Below, one piece after another: positions 41,200-56,000 of a stretch of 64,000 bases of DNA. The first letter of the stretch is position 1, and each line of letters opens with the position of its first letter. The stretch comes from Eledone cirrhosa (Eukaryota), in the NCBI GenBank assembly GCA_964016885.1, contig OZ024743.1:110422001-110486000 (forward strand). The letters are read 5' to 3'. The notes under the pieces were generated by a model. It was not told the DNA's origin. It did not search any database and worked only from the letters and a program-made list of their open reading frames with translations. Both the position numbers and the translations under genes were made by a program.

Positions 41200-42838
41200 T
41201 CGTTTACCAGTAGCACTGGAAACATGAAACCCCTACTGTTGCAGGTTCAGATCGGAGGCTACTAAACTGGCAACCTCACCACGTTTAGTTGGTGAGGAGA
41301 ATGATTTTGGACACCCTGCAGGACAAAGAGCAAAACTTGACAAAGGGCGGAAGAACTCATAAGCGTGAACGGTCATCCAAAAATGTGTAAATATGTATAT
41401 AGATATATGCATGTGTGTGTATATACGCTGGGGCAGAGAAATAATCGGGCTGGATACCCTCTCGCGCGGTTAAACTTGTGGGAGTGAAGGACCCCTAGCC
41501 TCTATTAGGGCATTCTTCTAGGAGAAGGCAACTCAAGAAACTGGGATAACTCCTACATAAAACCTGCGGCTCAGTAGTTACCGAAGATGTTGATATTTTC
41601 CTCTTTTCGGGTTATAGCTACTGTCGCTCAGAGAGTGGGTTCGGCTCAGTGCACAGTCTTTCCTCATTAAAAAAAAAATCTTCACGCACAGGCATTGCAC
41701 GATAGCATTAATTGATAATATATATATATTTAAATGCAAGCTTACGATTCTGTCTGTCCGCCTAAAACAAGCAAACTACCGGACCAAACTCCTCAAAATT
41801 ACATGTACAAATTCACTATACACTCGGACAGGTAACGGTCGAAAAAGTTTTAATTTGCAAAGCAAGGAATTCATTTAAATTCAATTTATCTGTGGGAGAT
41901 GGGAGAGAGAGTAAGGGGATGAGGGAGAAAGAGAGAGAGTGGATAGGAGAGAGAGTAAGGGAATGTGACAGAGAAAGAAAGAGAGTAAGGGATGAGAGAG
42001 AGATTGGGAGATGGGTTAGAGAGAGTAAGGGGATGTGAGAGAGAAAGAAAGAGAGTAAGGGGATGAGAGAGAAAGAGATGAAAGAGAGAGAGGGAAAGTA
42101 ACCAGCGTTCTTAACTTTTATTTATTTATTATTTTTACACACTTTTTAACTCTCCCGCTTCCTTAACGTTATTAATCTTTTCTTTATTTTTTTTTCTCTA
42201 TTCCGTAGAGAGAGGGGGGATGTGAGAGAGAGAAAGAGAGAGAGAGTAAGTAATGGGATTGTAGAAAGAGGGAAAGTAGCAAGGGTTCATTAACTTTTAT
42301 TTATTTATTATTTTTATACACTTCTTAACTCTCCTAATGTTATTTATCTTTTATTTATATTTTGTTTGCTATTCTGTAAAGGATGAGAGAGAGAAAGAAA
42401 GAGAGGAGATGAGAAAGAGAAAGGGAGTGAGGCGGATGGGGAGAAAAAGACCATAAGAAAAGAGAAAAATTGGGAGACAGAAAAAAATAAAGAGGCAGGA
42501 GAGAAGGAGGGGGATTGGGGGATTCTTTAACTACAGTGTGTCTGCGTCTATATATATTTACACACACGTGTGTTTTATGGTGTGTGTGTGGGGGGGGGGG
42601 CGTTACTTTAGCAGACGATATATGTTACCATCAAAGCTTATTTTCTACATATGTCTACATATGGAGTGTTTGTTGTTTTTTTGGATACAATCTGAAATCC
42701 CAATATTTTCTACATATGTCTAAAATTAATTACAGCTAATATACATTCATATAAAGAAATCATTTAAAACAACTTTACTGAGTGAACAATACATTCTATA
42801 GTTATTTCTATTTCGGAAAGAGTGTGGTGTGTAATAAT

Positions 42839-42900
42839 TGTGTCTACGTTTGGCACAAGGCCAGCAATTACCCCAGTGCATTACTGGTACTTTATTTTAT
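42839..42900 (-). mobile_element. 5'-truncated SINE with 18-bp target-site duplication
   Basis: AGTGTGGTGTGTAATAAT at 42821-42838 and 42901-42918 flanks the SINE 3' end. Confidence 0.85.
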
Positions 42901-42928
42901 AGTGTGGTGTGTAATAATATCACTTCAA

Positions 42929-45900
42929 ATGTCGAGAAAACGTTCCAGATCATTATATGGAAGGTCATCTACAGAGGCTAAGGGAAAGGAAACACAGCGA
43001 TCTGAAGAAAGTGAAGAAGTTCGGCATACCCGTCTAGCTGCTAACAGAGCCCAAACCGCTTTAGCACGAGCACACCGTTAGGAACAGCAGCAAATCAGAC
43101 GAAATGCTAATCAAACACATCGTTCTAATGCCCGAGCAGAACAAGCCACAAGTAAAATGAACTGGCTGATGGGTGCTTTATTCTTAAGACCCCCAAAAGG
43201 ACTACATCAGTAATCCACAAATCAACATTGGGAAAATGAAAAAATGCTGCCAGTATTGCGGTGCCAATAAGTGGCCTGCAGAATCACCAAGTCTATGCTG
43301 CTCAAAAGGCAAAGTGAGCCTTAAAACAATACAAGAACCTCCTAAATTTCTGAAGAATCTGCTCCTTCAGCATACACAAGAAGCACGACACTTCAATAAA
43401 TACATCATAAAATATAATTCTGCCTTTCAAATGAAATCTTTTGGGGCTGACAGGAATGTGACTGACTTTAGATTCTGTAAAACTTATAAAATTCAGGGAC
43501 AGTGTTACCACTTAATGGGTGGCCTTCTGCCACATTCACAGGAAGCTCACAAATTCGTGCAGGTTTACTTCATGGGTGGAAATGAAACACAGGCACAACA
43601 AAGATGTACCAATGTCCATGGGTGATTGCAGTTCTACATAGTCATAAAGTTACAAGAAATGCTTCACCAACATCACATGTACATCAGTGTATTTAAATAT
43701 GCACTGGAGCATATGAACAACACAGGAGATTGTAAAATCATCATTAGGGCAGAGAAACGCCCAGCTTCAAAACATGAACGCAGATTCAATGCACCTGTCA
43801 CTGATGAAGTTGCAATCATAATGGTTGATTAACAGCATGAACGACGTGACATTGTTTTGCCAAAACGAAGTGGACATTTGGAGCGAATTTGTGAAACTCA
43901 TAGAGGCTATGATTCACTCCAATATCCGCTCATCTTTTGGAATGGTCAAGATGGATATCATTTTCAGCTACGGCAGATCAGCCCAGGATCGGGACAAGAG
44001 ACTGGCCGATTAATCAGCAGCAAATAATTATATGCGTATCATTTCATGGTACGCGACCACTTCAACCAAGTTCTGCAATTCAAAGATGTAACCAGCTCAA
44101 GGTGGACCAGTTCAAGGTGGACATGTATGCCAACATTGAAACAGAAAGATTGGGTTTTCTGCGAAGCAATCAAACTAAGTTGAGGGCAGATAACTACATC
44201 CACCTTAGAGATGCCATCAATTCTGATGTTGACCCAATGAATACTGGCCAGCCAGTCATACTACCACCAAGCTTCACGGGAGGACCACGTTACATACATG
44301 AACGTACGCAATATGCAATGGGTTGTCAGAAAATTTGGTCGGCCAGATCTCTTCATTACATTTACATTCAATTCAAACTGGTCAGAAATATCAAATGAAT
44401 TATTTCAAAACAAAAAACCAAAGGATCGACATGACCACATTGTTTGGGTTTTCCAATGAAAAGCAACAAAAAAAAGTCATCTGGCACCTAAAAGAATGAA
44501 GAATCTTTGGTGAGCTTAGTACTTGGATGACCACTATTGAGTGGCAGAAGAGAGGTCTTCCTCACTCTCACAGACTAATCTGGTGCAAGGAGAAGATGAG
44601 ATCAGATGATGTTGATAAGATCATTTCAGCAGAGTTGCCTGATAAGGGTGGTGAATCAGAGGTCTTTGAAACCATCAAGTCCAAACTCATTCATGGTCCA
44701 TGTGGAGTCATCAATCCAGCCTCTCCCTGCACGAAAAATGAAAAATGCAGCAAACATTATCCTAGAGGATTTATTCGGGAAACTCGGACTGACAATATCG
44801 GATCCCCCCCCCCCTTACGTAGGTGTAGGCCAGAACACGGAGGCAATACTGCAAGGCAAACAGTTCGGGGAGAGGAGCTGACCATAAAAAATCAGTGGGT
44901 CGTCCCACACAACAAATTGTTGTATACACTTTTAAAAGCTCATATCAATGTTGAGTATTGCAGCTCTATCAAGGCAATCCTATATGTCACAAAATATATC
45001 AACAAGGGCAGTGACATGGCTACCTTTATTACTGACAAATAATTCAATGATGGTGGATTAGATGAGGTCAAACGGTATCAAACAGGTCGATACATCTCCA
45101 GCAATGAAGCTATCTGGCGAATCTTTCGATTTGATATCCACTAACGCCACCCATCAGTAGTCAACCTCGCAGTCCATCTGGAAAATGGACAGTGAGTGTA
45201 CTTCACTGAGATCACTGCTTATCAGTTGGCACAAGCATCACATGACACTACACTAACTGCTTTCTTTAAACTCTGCCAGAATGATGAATTTGCTCGATGC
45301 CTCCAATATGCAGAAGTCCCAACATACTACACCTGGACCAATTGCAAGAGCTGGAATCGAAGAAAGCAGGGTCATTTAGTAGAAGGTCACGAAGTCAAGT
45401 CAAGTGATGCTATTGGGCGTGTTCACAATGTCTATCCCAATGTTTTTATTTATGGCTACTTCTGCATACTGTTCAAGGACCAACGTCATTTGAGGATCTT
45501 AGATGTTTCAGAGGAAGGGATTGCGCAACATACACAGAAGCATGTAAACAGCATGGACTCCTGCATGACAATGGACACTGGAAGAAGTGCCTAGAAGAAG
45601 CAGCAATCACTCGAGTAGCCAGTAAATGAGACACTTATTTGCTATTATGCTCACAGCATGTGGAATTGATGAAGCTCATCTACTCTGGCAGGAGTACAAA
45701 AACAATATGTCGGACATCTATCCACACCTAGCCGAAGACATCATGGCAATATGTATATGGAATATACCTCCAGGATTTACAATCAAGCTCTCTGTGACCT
45801 GTCCCATCGAGTTCAGGCAATGAATAGAACATTAGCTAACTGCGGGATGCCAGAGCCAGATGAAGAAATGGAGATAGCACAAGACATTTTTCAGGAAACA

Positions 45901-47262
45901 AACTACGATATTCAAGCATTGCGTTAGTTTGTGGATTTAAATGAACCTCGATTGATGGATGACCGGAAATACCCCTACCAGTACATCATCAAAAACAATC
46001 AAAATAACAGGGGAGGACTTTTCTCATCGATGCTCCTGCTGGCACAGGAAAGACAATTCTCATAAACCCCTTGCTTGCAAAAGTTCGCCAAAAGCAACAT
46101 ATTGCCCTTGCTGTGGCATCAAGTGGCATTGCAGCAACACTTCTGGATAGTGGCACAAGTGGATACTCCATGTTTAAGCTGCCCATAGATCTCACACCGC
46201 ATGAACAATATTTTTGCAACATCAAGAAGAACTCACCCAAGGGCAAGCTTCTGCAAAATATGCAATATGACAATTTGGGATGAAGCTACTATGAGCCATA
46301 AAGGAGCAATTGAAGCTTTGGACCGGACGATAAGGGATCTGAGAGAAAATAGTTGCATAATGGGAGGAGTGACAATGGTTCTTACTGGTGATTTCAGACA
46401 AACTCTGTCTGTAATTCTTTGAAGGACTTGAGCTGATTAGGTCAATGCCTGTCTGAAAACATCCTCTCTCTGGCCCCGCTTTCAGCTGTTGAGCCTTACG
46501 ACTAACATGCGAGTGCACTTAACTGGTGACGAAGGTGCCAGTGAGTTTGCCATCCAACTACTTAAATTGGGAAATGGACTTCTTGAAAAGGACTCCAATG
46601 ACCATATTCAGTCGTCATATCATTGGCCATATCATTGACACAGAACAAGAACTGTTTGCCAGAGTGTTTCCAAACATTCAGACCAGGCAATTTTATCCGA
46701 AATGGCTCTGTGAACGAGCGATCTTAGAACCTAAAAATGTTGATGTGAAAGAAATCAACAGAAGGCTGCTGGACGGAGGAGAGAAAATATGCTAAAAATC
46801 AGTTGACACAGTCACTTCTCAGACCTGGTTGTATCCAACTGAATTTTTGAACAGTCTTGAACAAGCGGTAATTCCCCATCACAACCTGATTCAGAAGCTT
46901 GGAGCATTGTTTATCCTGGATCCTCCATCAAAAATAAGATATCCAATGTTCTAGAAGTTGCAATCATGTCAGGAAAATTTGTTGGTGACAATTGTTTCAT
47001 TCAGAGAATACCTCTGAAGCCAACTTATTTGCCATTTGAATTTCAAATACTTCAATTTCCGATCTGGCTCAGTTTTGACATGAGCATTAATAAATCTCAA
47101 GGGCAATCATTGAAAGTCGTTGGGTTGAATCTGGCAGATCCTGTCTTTTCACATCGTCAACTCTATGTGGGCACAACAATGGTTGGGAACCCTGATGGTC
47201 TCTTCATTGTGGCACCACAGGGCAAAACCAAGAATGTTGTTTATCCAGAGGCTTTGGAATGA
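42929..47262 (+). pseudogene. Helitron Rep/Pif1-helicase ORF with many stops and frameshifts
   Basis: Zn-finger CQYC..CC; ILPPSFTGGPRY; HUH motif IEWQKRGLPHSH; YVTKY; helicase motifs APAGTGKT, IWDEATM, GDFRQTL, INKSQGQSL. Confidence 0.93.
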
Positions 47263-48282
47263 TCAATGTCGTAATTCCTCATTCAATGACAATACACACA
47301 GATCCTAATTCCTTAGTCATGTAGTTTGCAAGGAATTTTGAAGCCGCAAATTTACAGCATGGTGTTACTTTGGAAGAATATGCAGGCATTCCCGGGTACC
47401 TCTGCTATAAAGCAGTATAAGTGAGGACTTTGTTGCATAGAAATAGCAGCCAAATTTCCTTCAAATCCCACCTTACTTTCTCAGGTATGTATATATGTAT
47501 GAAGCAAAAAGGAATGGTTCTATGTGATAACTCGATCTACTAGAAATATCAGCAAAATCCATTTCAAATCACAAATAACTGTCTTACACACATACATGTG
47601 CATGTATGTATCTATGTATGTCATGTGAGCCACTATAACTGTTGGTATAGCTAATAGAAATAGAAAGCAAATCTCCCTCAAAGGCAAATATTGGTGAAAG
47701 CTACAGTGTACAAATTTAAATACACTTTCCCCGAATTACAGAAATGAGTAAGTAAATGCTTCATTCAATCATAAACCAAGCTAACTTTATTTTCTTATTT
47801 ATTTCTGTTTTTTAAAATAGTCTTTACATGTTGTTTATATTTCAGAAGTTCAGATTGAGCAAAAAAAGAAAAAAAAAAGAAAAGAAAGAAAAGGATACAT
47901 AAAAAAAATATAAATGTATTTTTGGAGTCATGCCCATTTCACTGACAAAATACCTAATGATTTATCTATGACTAAAGCATTATATATGCTGACTGTAATA
48001 GGGAGCAGTATTCAAAAAATCACCACTGGAAAAAAATAATAATTTTATCTAGATGATTTTCTTCGACCAACCGGCAATAAATATTCTGCTATAATTCCTA
48101 CTTTGGTTAAAATTCAGCAATCATATTTGAATGGTCACATATTTTGTAATGTGTGCCAAATATATTGTAACTTTCATAAAAAAAAACCTGGGTATCACCA
48201 GGTAGCTCAGCTAGTTATTAATAATGTTATATCGTGCAACTCGATATAAAATCATATAAATTATCACATAGAATTGCGTTTG

Positions 48283-48390
48283 TCTTCTTCTTCTTCTTCT
48301 TCTTCTTCTCCTCCTCCTCCTCTTCCTCCTCCTCCTCATCCTCCTCCTCATCATCCTCCCCCTTCTTCTTCTTCTTCTTCTTCTTCTCGT
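48283..48390. repeat. (CTT)n/(CCT)n microsatellite
   Basis: Direct reading of the sequence. Confidence 0.9.
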
Positions 48391-49160
48391 CAAATATGCT
48401 GCTTCTTCTTCTTGTCAAATATGCTTCTTGTCAGTGGTTTCTGAATTTTACTGATCCTACATAGTTTCGAAAAGCACCAGTAGTTTCTTTCTCAGCTCGA
48501 GAATGCTTTGAGAATCTCTGCAGGGATCGAATACATACCAGGAGCTTTCTCATTCGTGAGACGGTTAAAGTGACCTCATCCTCAGTTGGGGGTTTCCACG
48601 AGTCAGGTCAATTGGAGCAGTCTATCTATATCTCCTTTATTCAATGGAGCAGTCTACCTATATCTTCTTTATTCAAAGATGAGTGATGAGTTAGTACATT
48701 GGAGAAATGCTCTACCAAGTGATTGAGAATGTGTTTCTTATCAGTGATAAGTGTGCTGCCATCAGCTTGGAGTAAAGTTATTGCAGTCTTGTTTGCAAGG
48801 GTAGGCTCGGAAATCGTCAGTCTTCTTATTTAGATAAGAATACTACATATGTCGTGTTGTTGCTGAATTTCAGATTTCTTTTCAAAGTCTCTTTTATTTA
48901 CAACTGAATTAGTGTGACTTATGTAGCTTTACAAACGAGGTGTGTTTCATAGATTAGATTCTGTATGGCTTCAGCCTTCTCTTCGAACCGATCCTAAGGT
49001 TTCCTGACCTTCTGATGAAATATTTATATCAATATCAGTGTTGTATGTGGTTTTGCAGAAATATTTCCATTGATTTATGCTTTTAAACGAATTTCAGTAA
49101 TTTGAAACAGCTATTAATGTATGTCATGTTGTCATCCTGCTTGCTTTTGGTGGTATAAAG

Positions 49161-49195
49161 ATTAGGGTTAAGGTTAGGGTTAGGGTTAGGGTTAG
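49161..49195 (+). repeat. Short interstitial (TTAGGG)n tract
   Basis: ATTAGGGTTAAGGTTAGGGTTAGGGTTAGGGTTAG. Confidence 0.8.
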
Positions 49196-51096
49196 CAGTT
49201 TGTGATGTGTCCAGTATTCTAGAACATACATGGACTTTTGATACAAGCTTTCTGTCTCTAACCCTACCTCAGGAGAACGTTGTCCACCAAATGCCGGTTT
49301 TGTAACCTTGGATGCATACAAATGGTTGAAAATCTAAGTTGGTGCCAACTAGCTGATGAAATGCGTAAGCTACCAGGAACCCGTTGCTGCAGTACTTTGT
49401 CAATGGATAATTTTATTTCCTAGTGAGTGGTAGATGAAGGTTCATCAAGCTGTCATTTATGCCCATTGAAAATTCAGCGAGGTACTTTATTTGATAGATT
49501 TTGATGGCAAAGTCAACTCGTGCTATGCTATGTTTGACATATCTTCCTGCTGATCACTAGGAGCTGTAGTCATCTTTCTTTTCGGGGCACTGATTTTCAG
49601 CAGCCAGATTTGTGTCACTCAGTGCAGCTATTTGGACGTTGTACCTCTTGAGTTCTCTGTCTACTAGTATTTCATTATTTTAGAGTATGTTTTTTGTTGT
49701 TGCCTGTCTCAGAGCGGGTATAAATTCCTTGCGAGAAGGGTGAGTGGATTGACCCATTGTAGGTATCCGTTTTGCTGGATTGGTATCCAGTTGACAGGGC
49801 ATAGACGAACATGATGTTTTGAGCAGTCAACTGTTTAGGCCGTATTTTGCAGACCCTTTCTGCTCCTAATGAATATTAATGAGGTAGCTCCCTCACGCCA
49901 GGAGAACTTCAACTACTGTGTTGCTTCATCAGAGAGAAGAAACTATCCCTCTTATGCTGCAGTGACGTTACTACACCTGTCGATTATCTTCGTCCTTCAT
50001 ACCAAATGGTGTTTGGTTCGATTATCTTGGATGATACTCATCGGTGATCAGAGGACTTGTGTTGGGGATGAAGCATGACATACCATTGCTAAAAATTATA
50101 AAAGGATTTGCGCAATGTCACCATTCTCACTCTCGAATACCATCACTATTTTCATCCAACGGCAAGACATCTAATACGACAGGAGTTTGCGCTGTGATGT
50201 AGTGCATGATCGCAATTACATCTATGCCTTGCATTACCTTATACAACACGTGTTCCATCACACCACGCTGCGAATGCCGTTAAGCCTGTAGAAATCGAAC
50301 TTACTGCTATGAAATTCTTTGAGTCAATTAAGCCTATAGAAACACACTGAGAACCAGCAGCTTTTAATAGGCCCTTTGACAAATAATGCATTTAAAATAA
50401 TAATTAAAAATAATAAAGCACAAACATATAGAAACGCACACATGGCAGACTCAGATACCCACATACCCACACACATATACATATATATATATATATTTCC
50501 TTTCATAACATGCAGTTGATACCGGGGTAATATATATATATTTGCATTATTGCTGGGGCCATATATATACTCGTGCTTCAGTTATTGACAACGGCAGATT
50601 TAATCTCAAAACTGATTCGGTGCAATTGACACTCCACCTATCATTGCAATATAAGGCTCACAGAATCAATTGCCCATACCAGAATTTTGTTTCTTATTGA
50701 AAGAATCTGCCGAACTTTTACTAGATATACACTTCTTATATAATACATTTTGCCAAATACGCATGGAGTTTCTAAATACAAAGAAAGCAATATTATAACA
50801 AAACTAAAGTATATACAAAATATCCCATACAGAATAACCTGGTTGTTTATATTTTATTTATTTTAATGTTCCTGTAGGTAAATATACAACAGAGCCATTT
50901 TTTAAATATACTATAACCCATAAATGAAGAAAAGATGTTGATATATGTTTCTAACGACAGTATGTTAAATCAAGTGCCAGAATATGTTATATTTTGGTCT
51001 GTTGTTTTCGTGGAGACTGCATTAGCTACTGATAATATAAGTAAATAAACAACAATATGAAGGATTAACAGATACCAGATGTACCTGAATATGAAA

Positions 51097-51128
<32 letters not shown>

Positions 51129-53666
51129 AGTGCGTGTGTGTATGTGTGAGACTGTGTGCGTTTGGGTTTGTCCGTGTGCTTTGTAAAATAGGCGTATCAA
51201 AGAAAGAAGGTTTTGTTCATCTCACTGATTAATCAAATATGTTCAACAGTCAGTGTTAATACTTATGCTATATCCTCGCAAATGTACATATCATATGACC
51301 TAGAACACTTAACATCATGTTACACACACAGACACATATATAAGTGTGTTTATGTGGCTGTATATTCACACGTGTATGGGTGTGTCACGTTTCAATATAT
51401 GTTATACATGATTCACGCGAAATCTTGTGTTGGAACATAATAACTATACATAGATACATATATATTAGATAATTGAGCTTAAAACATTGGTGAACTAGAC
51501 AATATATTTGCGATGTGAACTCCCTTACCACACAGTCATCCGAACACGCACACGCACACACACACACACACACGCACACGCACACGCACACGCACACGCA
51601 CACGCACACGCACACGCACACACACACACACACACAGGCACAGAGTTATATATAAAGAGTATTCTTTTCTTTAAATTTACTTATGGGATTTTTCACTTTT
51701 ACTTTTGATCCGTTTGATTTGTATGAACATATACACCCTTGTTTAACTTCGTTGTGTGAGTAAAAGATGAACAGAAATGACAAGGCATTTGACTTAGTAT
51801 AATAAAGAAATATATTAATTTAACGCTTGAAATACTACGAAAAGTGTCCTGACGTTTCAGGCAATATTGCTTCATCAGTTGATAGATTGAGGAATATGAG
51901 ATGAAATAGAACGATAGAGAGTGAGAAAAGGATGAAACGGAAAGGAAAATTTGAGGAAGTAAATAACGCAATACCATATACAGTCACTCATTTTCGATAT
52001 ATATATATGTATATATATATATATGTATATATATATTTCGATCATATTGCTCAGATTAAACTGTTTTGCTACGATCTGTTGCGCGATTTTATGTATATCA
52101 TGCAACATTCCCTCAATATATAAGAACACGCACTTCCACTCACAGGTCCGACAGACACACATATGTATGTATGTGGTTGTGTTTATGTATTTGTGTGTGT
52201 GTCTGTGATTGTGTATGTAGGTGTCCTCAAGTTATACACAGTGACGCGGTTACAGAGAATTACAACAATACTATGACACTTTTCTTTCTAAAATATGTAT
52301 TTAAATATTTTCAAAATTGCTATTACATTTTGACAGTAATGTACATCCTTTCATCCTCAATAGCATTGCTTATATCTCTCTAAATGTGCAGGAAACTTAA
52401 ATCTGCCTCACATAAATTGGTACCTTCAACACACAATGACACAACATTACGCATATATATATATATGTATAGGCATATGCATATATAACCTATATGTCGG
52501 CATATATGCATGAATGTATGTATGTATGTATGCATGTATGTATTTATGAATGTATGTAGGTATATGTGTCTGTATGTACGCATGCACGTATGCATGTATG
52601 CAAGTATGTATATGTGTCTATTTATAGGCAAATACGGATGAATGTATATGTGTGCTTCTTACGTTCGAATCTTCTTAATTCGACTTTTATAGACGAACAC
52701 AATAATAAGATTATAATAATAATCTGGAATTCTCTTTATTTTCCGAAATGTCAAATTAACGTTTCATTATTTTCAAATATATGTCACAATAGGAACATTT
52801 CGCTGACTATAAATTTAAGTCCATCTTAATAAATTTCGTATAAATATTGTAACCAGACAATTTACTTGTTGTAAACGTTACTTCGTTTTGCGTTAGTCTC
52901 GTATCTATTAAGCAATGTATTACACAATTATTATATTATAAGTTTAAATTTTTCCTTCCTGTTTTATCGACCACAAAGTATTCGGTTATCGGATAGTTAT
53001 GAGTAAAAGTAGAATAATATATCATACGATATAAATGTATACGTTTTGATCAACGTATTTTCATGTATTACAAATTATTTCAACATGAATGCCACGTTCG
53101 ATAAATGCGTGATAAATAGTGAATAAGGGCGCTTGTGCAACTATACACATATAAGTGTATGTGTGTATATGCGTAAATTTGGTCGTGCCTACAAACGTAT
53201 ATATGTGTGTGAGAGAGTGTGTGCGTGTGTACGTGTATGTGTGTGTTTGTGTTTGTGTGTGTGTATGTATGTGTGTGTGTGTGTGTGTGCGTGTGTGTGT
53301 TAATTTCTAGGTGAAGACGCGTGTTATACTGGATAGAAGCTGGGATTCACAATCGAGATGTGTCTTCTATTCTCAGATCGTTGACTCCTTGAGCAAGATA
53401 TTTTATTTCATGTTGTTCCGGGTTATTCAGTTACAGAAACGAGTTGCGACGTCAATTGTGTCAATCACTCTCGACCTTTACCTTTCCCTCAGTAAACATT
53501 GGCGGCGGGGAGAAAGTTAGATTAGAAAATAAGAGCGTCTGCTTGTCTACCACAAAAGCATCTTGCATATATATATATCTATATCTATATATATCTATAT
53601 ATAGGAAAAAGTATGACCCCGACGGCAGAGCTCAAGCCGTTTCGACGGCTACTTCTGGACATATAT

Positions 53667-54517
<851 letters not shown>

Positions 54518-54522
<5 letters not shown>

Positions 54523-54731
54523 AACGAGTAGGATCCCGACGGCTGAGCTCAAGCCGTTTCGACGGCTAATGCTGGACTAAATGAATATGTTCATTTGGTC
54601 CAGAATCAGCCGTCGAAACGGCTTGAGCTCAGCCGTCGGGATCCTACTCGTTCCTATTACCCACTCTACTACCCTAAGTATTGAGTACTTTGGTGCGTTA
54701 TGGTCCACCTGGTTCCTTACCACATTTCCTC

Positions 54732-54737
<6 letters not shown>
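54518..54737 (+). mobile_element. Family R5: 140-bp palindrome containing a hammerhead 3' half
   Basis: Near-perfect palindrome 54518-54657; GAAA-CGGCU..AGCCG-UC|GGGAU; related fragments at ~53612-53660 (-) and ~63290-63330 (+). Confidence 0.7.
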
Positions 54738-54778
<41 letters not shown>

Positions 54779-55048
54779 TTCTAAAGGGTATAACCTTTTC
54801 ATTGGAAAGAAATCATCGGGCTTCCCTGATGATTTCTTTCGAATGAAAATGTCGAATCCTTTACAAAATATTCCCATATAATTTCACTCTACTAATGTAA
54901 TTGCTATTGTTACCACTGATTGATCCCGTGATTTACACATATATATTTATATGCGTGTGAAAGAGAGAGAGCGATAGGGAGAGTGAGAAAGAGAGAGTGT
55001 GTATTTCTGTATATAAATATATACATTATTACCTAAATGCATTCCTAA

Positions 55049-55079
<31 letters not shown>

Positions 55080-55129
55080 TAGACACGAACACACACACAC
55101 GAACACACACACGAACACACACACACACA

Positions 55130-55160
<31 letters not shown>

Positions 55161-55903
55161 GTATATATATATATATATATATATAAACCCTCAATATTAT
55201 ATGTGTGAATATGCTACGAACCAATGTCTGCTGCAATATAGGTTTGTTTTCTTCGTATATTGTCCTACATGCGTATGTGGATTCATATGTGCTTACTACC
55301 ATTTGTTCATGTATATATGCGCATGTCTTGCGATTTTGTGCGTGGTTGTATCATTCAGATGGAAACAGAGTGGGATAGCTATAAATCGTTGATAAATATC
55401 AACCGAACTTAAACATTTGTAATCACCTTCGGTTCATCATTTCTTAATGTTGAAAACATGCCTTTCAATCCATATAGTTGTCTAAGCAATGCGACATTGA
55501 TTTCAATAATATAGCAATCATGTTGTATATTAAAAATAAGCCTGTATGTAATTTGATGAATAATCTTATTTGCACTTACCTCTAATGTCTAATGACCATA
55601 GAATACCGCGTGGACACTTTTGCTTCATTATTTTAACATTAAATAGCTGGTTGGCAATAAATAAATGGTACGTGTGATGAAAAATGAGACAATTCTGAAA
55701 TACTTTCGTAATAGGGTATTATCAGCAAGTCACTTTCCCCAGACATATTTGAAATCTGCAATAAAGTTATATATTCAAAGGTTTTCTATTTTGATAAATA
55801 TTTTCCTCCGTAATGAACACTGACAATTATGTAGACTATTGCCGTCCTACGGTGATAATATAAATCAATATGTGTAGTTAAATTTTTTGTGACAAAATGA
55901 AAC

Positions 55904-56000
<97 letters not shown>

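Larger units (their letters stand above)
41720..47408 (+). mobile_element. Helitron (autonomous type), decayed
   Basis: RepHel relic plus a 3' GC-rich GCAGGCATTCCCGGGTACCTCTGCTA terminus; the 5' boundary is approximate. Confidence 0.8.

Noticed and set aside
48400-49900. Possible old LINE body
   Set aside because: Too decayed to read diagnostic motifs
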